DNA of 64,000 nucleotides from Setoptus koraiensis. Its lineage: Eukaryota; Animalia; Arthropoda. The stretch spans positions 18,724,001 through 18,788,000 of the forward strand of contig CM106585.1 in NCBI GenBank assembly GCA_048013815.1, given 5' to 3'. Shown here in pieces: positions 59,643-64,000 of the stretch. Positions within the stretch are counted from its first letter, which is position 1. Each line of letters opens with the position of its first letter. The position numbers and the translations under genes are program-made. Below the pieces are notes generated by a model. That model was given only the letters and a program-made list of their open reading frames with translations. It was not told the DNA's origin and made no database searches.

Positions 59643-62117
59643 TCATAAAGTATTATTGTGAATGTAACCCTGTTGCTGGTCATAATAGGGGACGTTTTGC
59701 TGTTGGTAATGATATTCTGGAATAGGGGGTGCATTCATCGGTAAAGGTGGAGGTAGGTCGGCATATGATGAATCGCTCAAAACTTCATCCAGCATTCCAT
59801 TAAAACCACCACTGATCGAACCTGAGTCTACAAACATAGATTCATCCAGATAACCGAGCCTCTTTTTCAGTGATGCTATCTCGTTTCTAACATGCTCCTC
59901 TTTCTGACGAGTATTCTGTGCGTGATTCAGGTTCGCGTCTACCTGTGTCTGGCATAGATTTATCCTCTCTGGCCAATTATCTCGCTCCAATTGGGATCTT
60001 AGATAGTCTCTCTCGCTATTTAAACTACTATTCGCTTCCTCTGCCTGCCTGAGAAGATCCTCGATTTGCGAGACTCTCATATCGAAATTCTCTTTTCTAC
60101 CCTTTAGAGAGTTCAGTCTTTCTGTCCTGATTTTATCTTTTATGCTCAATTGCTCCTTTTCCACCTCGGATATTTGGGTCAACTCAATGATTTTTTCATC
60201 GAGTTTTTCATACTTAACATCTAATTCGCATTTCAAATGTTTCAATTGTCTCAATTTGGACATAGATTGTTCCGTCTTTGTATCACATTTTGATAGTTGT
60301 ACTTTCAACTGCTCTAGACTAGAGTCGAGACTCACTTTTTTGCGTCTATAGTTAGTGAGCAAGTTTCCTACATCTGTCGGACATTCCTTCAAAATATCAG
60401 CCATAGTCTCACGCATAGTTTTGAGGGTGTCAATTTTGATATTAAGGTCTTTAACTTCTTTGAGGTCTTCCCTTGAGTAACTATTCGTTGTAGCCAACTC
60501 TGTCACACTCGACCTTATTTTCTTGAATTCATTGGAAAGCAAAGCAATTCTATGAGATCGTTCATCCTTCTCTTTAGATAGGTCTTGCACCTTAGTTGAC
60601 AATTCCTGCACCTCATCTGGATCAACAAATACTAAGTTCTCATGTTTAGAATCCAGACATCTTATTGAATTTAATTTAATAGAGATTTCGTTGTCAACCT
60701 CACACAGTTGAGCCGATAGCAAGCTCTTTTCTTGAGTATGAGATTCAAGATCTTCCTTCAATCGTCTCAACTGATCGTTTTGTTCAATGTTGTCTTTCTT
60801 AATCACATCTTGATGAGCTTTGAGAGCTGCCAAATGGGCAATATTTCGAGTTTTTTCATCAATCTCATGTTTGAGAGTTTCCAATAGAGCAGGGTTTCGA
60901 GTTTTGTCACCATGTTTCATATTATTATTTTGCTCCAGCATTTGTCTTAGCTCAGTTAATTTTCTATTTTTCACCTGAAAATCCTTCTCGGATAGTGAGG
61001 AATGCTTCGAACGACTGAAATAGAGTCTTATTAAATCTGATACAAAAAGAATCACGAGGGCCATACCTAAGGATTGGATTTTAGGTGTGAAGTCTTGGCT
61101 GGAATTCTCGGATATGTTTGGCTCGTGGTTGTTCTCCTCAGCAATAATATAAGCATGGTCTATGTCAGCGCTTGCAGAATTATCATCGCGAATAGCATTT
61201 TCAACATGGGTCCTGTCGATTACAGGATCAGATGTGCTTGATTCGTGGCTGCTTTCCTCGGAAATGACGGGAGTATGATCTATGATGCTTTCATGATCGT
61301 CCACTTGATCGGGAACACCAGATGTGTCTGATTCGTGGTTGCTTTCCTCGGAAATCACGGGAGTATGATCTATGATGCTTCCATGATCGTCCACTTGATC
61401 GGGAACACCAGATATGTCTGATTCGTGGTTGCTTTCCTCGGCAATGATAGGAGAATGGTCCATGATGAAGCTTCCATTGGCTTCATGAATAGTGTTTTCA
61501 ATCTGGCGATGTACAATTGGTATCTCTTCAGTCGTGGAACCAGACATGCTTGACTCCTGGTGGCCTTCTTCATCAACGATGGGAGCATCGTCCATGATGA
61601 AGCTTCCATTGTTATCATGAGCATTTTCAATCTGGGGCTCTACAATCGGCGTCTTTTCGATTATAGAATCAGATTGGCTTGACTCGTGTTTGCTTTCTTC
61701 TGTAATCATTGGAGCATGCTTCTTGAAAGCGCCTCCATGATTATCATTAGAAGCCTCTGATAGTTTTGGCGTATCGATATTCATCGGTTGCTCAACATGG
61801 TCGGTAGATTTGGCCCGATCAAAGAGTCCTTTATCAAGATCCCAATCGCTATCATCGTTAGAATCGAGCTCGTCGTCTTCGTATGACATATCTGGTGGAG
61901 GATTATAAATCGGATGATAGTTGAGTGAAACATTTTCGCTGGCCTCTATTGCAATGTCATACACGGGCACAGTTGGCGTTTTCGTTTGAGTTCCGAGTTG
62001 ACTATTCAAGGGACGCGTTATATATTCGGCTCGTAGAGATTCTGCCTCATTTTGGAACCAGAGTGTGACTGAATATAATATTATAAATAAGGTAACAGAT
62101 GTATGACTAGGCCCCAT
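59643..62117 (-). CDS. TANGO1/cTAGE5 (MIA2/3)-like type I membrane protein, ~824 aa (tentative)
   Basis: Signal-peptide-like N-terminus, acidic luminal region, TM LGMALVILFVSDLIRLYF, ~400-aa coiled coil and a PPP-containing tail. The segment LRSQLER...I...DANLNHA...RNEIASLKKRL resembles the remembered cTAGE5 CC2 end. No SH3 domain seen. Confidence 0.55.
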   Translation of the reverse strand: MGPSHTSVTLFIILYSVTLWFQNEAESLRAEYITRPLNSQLGTQTKTPTVPVYDIAIEASENVSLNYHPIYNPPPDMSYEDDELDSNDDSDWDLDKGLFDRAKSTDHVEQPMNIDTPKLSEASNDNHGGAFKKHAPMITEESKHESSQSDSIIEKTPIVEPQIENAHDNNGSFIMDDAPIVDEEGHQESSMSGSTTEEIPIVHRQIENTIHEANGSFIMDHSPIIAEESNHESDISGVPDQVDDHGSIIDHTPVISEESNHESDTSGVPDQVDDHESIIDHTPVISEESSHESSTSDPVIDRTHVENAIRDDNSASADIDHAYIIAEENNHEPNISENSSQDFTPKIQSLGMALVILFVSDLIRLYFSRSKHSSLSEKDFQVKNRKLTELRQMLEQNNNMKHGDKTRNPALLETLKHEIDEKTRNIAHLAALKAHQDVIKKDNIEQNDQLRRLKEDLESHTQEKSLLSAQLCEVDNEISIKLNSIRCLDSKHENLVFVDPDEVQELSTKVQDLSKEKDERSHRIALLSNEFKKIRSSVTELATTNSYSREDLKEVKDLNIKIDTLKTMRETMADILKECPTDVGNLLTNYRRKKVSLDSSLEQLKVQLSKCDTKTEQSMSKLRQLKHLKCELDVKYEKLDEKIIELTQISEVEKEQLSIKDKIRTERLNSLKGRKENFDMRVSQIEDLLRQAEEANSSLNSERDYLRSQLERDNWPERINLCQTQVDANLNHAQNTRQKEEHVRNEIASLKKRLGYLDESMFVDSGSISGGFNGMLDEVLSDSSYADLPPPLPMNAPPIPEYHYQQQNVPYYDQQQGYIHNNTL
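61110..61820 (-). repeat. Coding repeat block homologous to the CENP-C repeat block
   Basis: IDTPKLSEASNDNHG...ESSQSDSIIEK.PIV..QIEN.HDNNGSFIMDHSPIIAEESNHESDISGVPDQVDDH aligns with 53688-54450 in inverted orientation. Confidence 0.92.
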
Positions 62118-63174
62118 GATGAGTGTGGAATGGACGGCAGGTATATAATAATATATGATAAATAATGATATTTTCCACAAACGTTCGTCCAAATGCAAAA
62201 TTAAGCCAGGGAAAAAAATAAATAATAATAAGAAACAAATTTTGGCCTACAAGATATTTCAAGATGAAAGCCTGAAATTGTGTCTGTATTTTTGCAACGA
62301 TATTTAGGCGCTCAATGCGAAAAGAATCCGTCAGTGGCGCTAGTAGCGTAACTGACAAGTGAGCAGCATATTGCTTTGTTTGTGATGACGCAACGCAGTC
62401 TCTACTCTGATAAACTTCTAATTTACTATCTCTTACATAGTAATCGATAGAAATCAACAATTGAGACACATTTCTGTTGTTGCTTTTTTTGTACTGGGTG
62501 TTCCGTTAGAATTATGCACTACGATAGAGATTCACTGAGCCGACAGTATCGCACCATTAATACAGCAAAATTTTCCTAAATTCAATTGAATGCTGGTCTA
62601 TTCAGCGATCGATCTGAGAGCCTCATTTTCTCTGACTAAACTCACAAGTTGTCGGATGTGTAAGTCTGTCCACTAGATAGGTTATTTGTCGGTCTAACGA
62701 CTGCGACAGTTTGCCGACACGACAGATGACTTTTCACTTTTGAGATGCTAATTATTTGGCTGACATTAATTATCGTTCACTATGAGAGTGTCAATCTTTT
62801 TTTCGTCACCATCTTGTTGCCGAGAAAAGTTCACTCAATTTTTGGGCATGTTCTGGAAATGGTTGTTACTTCGCTCGCAGATGCACATGTCTTTTTGAAT
62901 ATCCGTCGACATAAATTCGTTATCTGTCAACCGGAGTCGAAAATTTCACTTTTCCTCATGAATACTAGCTTATCTTTTTTTCGTTTTTAGCAAGTGGGTA
63001 CACCGCGTCATTCCTCGCAAGTCTTCGCCAATAGTCTTGTGGTAGTCATTCCATTTTTTTCTCTCTCGCTCTTTCGAGCTTCAACCGAATAGAATCTAGC
63101 TCACCCCATTCAGACGCTTGGCGATCTGATCAACATCGAACGACAACAATAATATCTCTTCAGTAATCTGCAAA

Positions 63175-64000
63175 ATGGAAGTCACAATATTGACCCTCTC
63201 CATGATGATCATAATGTCCACTACTGGACAACTGCTTCCAGTTGACGCTCAACTGAGAAATTTATTTGCTCTGGTGGGAAATCCTTTGGGTCTCCCACTT
63301 GACACGCAAAACGAGCCAAGCAACGATGTTATACTGCAAGATTTGGATGATTTCTTCCATCTGAATCAACTCAACGATCACATGATCAAAGATATAAGAT
63401 TAAAATTTTCTGATCAATCAACTTATCTGGAAGATACTAATTCGGCTGCCACGAATTACATGATAAAAACACTGCACGCCAAGTATAAAATGTCCATTAG
63501 AGGTCTTAGCACTGCCTTCATTAGTTTCTACGATTCGCCCGGAGAAAAAGAGCTCTCCAGCAGTCCAAGAGTGAATCAGACCTTGTGCGGTCAACAATTG
63601 GAATACATGCTATCGTTGGCTGTCCATGGCGACACTCATATATCTATGGGATCTAATTTGAATGTAATGCGCATATTGGATACATTTGGACGACCTGAAG
63701 TGAGTACATTCGAATCGCAATTACTCTGGCTGGGTAACTATCCGCAATGCATGTCGTCACGACTATTGATTCCCATTCAAGATAATAGACATGACAAGCA
63801 ATCAGCAGAAGCGTACGAGAAAGTTGCCATGCATTATTGTTTAGGTCACATCCGGTATCCAGAATGGCCGAATAGCAGCTTCTATTTAAAAAATTTGGCT
63901 ATCAAAACTGGACTGTGTCTACCAGATACGTGTGACTCGTTTAGTTTAGATTATCACAGAGATAAGATAGTTAAGTTAACCCTGACAAATTTCGGCCCGC
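63175..64000 (+). CDS. NRF-6 / acyltransferase-family protein, N-terminal NRF domain (partial, runs off the window)
   Basis: Open frame from ATG 63175 to the window end (absent from the ORF track because there is no stop). Hydrophobic leader, then C...MRILDTFGRPE...LWLGNYPQC...YC...GLCLPDTC, the NRF-domain pattern (D..G.P...WLG.Y..C...YC...G.C.P..C). Confidence 0.75.
   Translation, partial: MEVTILTLSMMIIMSTTGQLLPVDAQLRNLFALVGNPLGLPLDTQNEPSNDVILQDLDDFFHLNQLNDHMIKDIRLKFSDQSTYLEDTNSAATNYMIKTLHAKYKMSIRGLSTAFISFYDSPGEKELSSSPRVNQTLCGQQLEYMLSLAVHGDTHISMGSNLNVMRILDTFGRPEVSTFESQLLWLGNYPQCMSSRLLIPIQDNRHDKQSAEAYEKVAMHYCLGHIRYPEWPNSSFYLKNLAIKTGLCLPDTCDSFSLDYHRDKIVKLTLTNFGP

Noticed and set aside
61019-61070. 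GT...AG segment coinciding with the TANGO1-like TM helix (possible intron)
   Set aside because: 52 nt long; removing it shifts the frame into an early stop, whereas read-through gives a TM plus an open coiled coil.

Overview
Eukaryotic (arthropod) genomic DNA, not prokaryotic. The evidence is GT-AG introns plus Semaphorin-1a, bursicon-beta and a gustatory receptor. The compact, intron-poor gene cluster would fit a small-genome mite, but that is an unverified inference. The window has two regimes. (1) 1-45.4 kb is one class-1 transmembrane semaphorin gene on the + strand. It has six recovered coding exons (15559-15732, 19597-19684, 42211-42324, 42487-42720, 42832-43012, 43128-45420), including a 22.5-kb GC-rich intron full of microsatellites and micro-duplications. 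Its N-terminal exon(s) were not found. The hundreds of short ORFs in the ORF track over 1-42 kb look like repeat-driven noise. (2) 45.8-64 kb is an AT-richer, gene-dense cluster: a secreted Ser/Thr/Gly decapeptide-repeat protein (-), a Gr-family 7TM receptor (-), THOC1 (+), RpS7 (-), CENP-C (+), a TMEM272-like gene (+), bursicon-beta with a long N-terminal extension (-), a TANGO1/cTAGE5-like gene (-), and the start of an NRF-6-family gene (+, runs off the window). The most striking observations are two local inverted sequence transfers that make chimeric genes. First, the THOC1 5' end (first exon, first intron, start of exon 2) is a diverged copy of the neighbouring RpS7 5' end. Second, CENP-C and the TANGO1-like gene share a ~700-bp coding repeat block with a 98-bp identical core. 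Also notable are 150-290-nt AG-free zones before four consecutive semaphorin acceptors. All calls come from manual translation and alignment and remembered family motifs; no searches were run.
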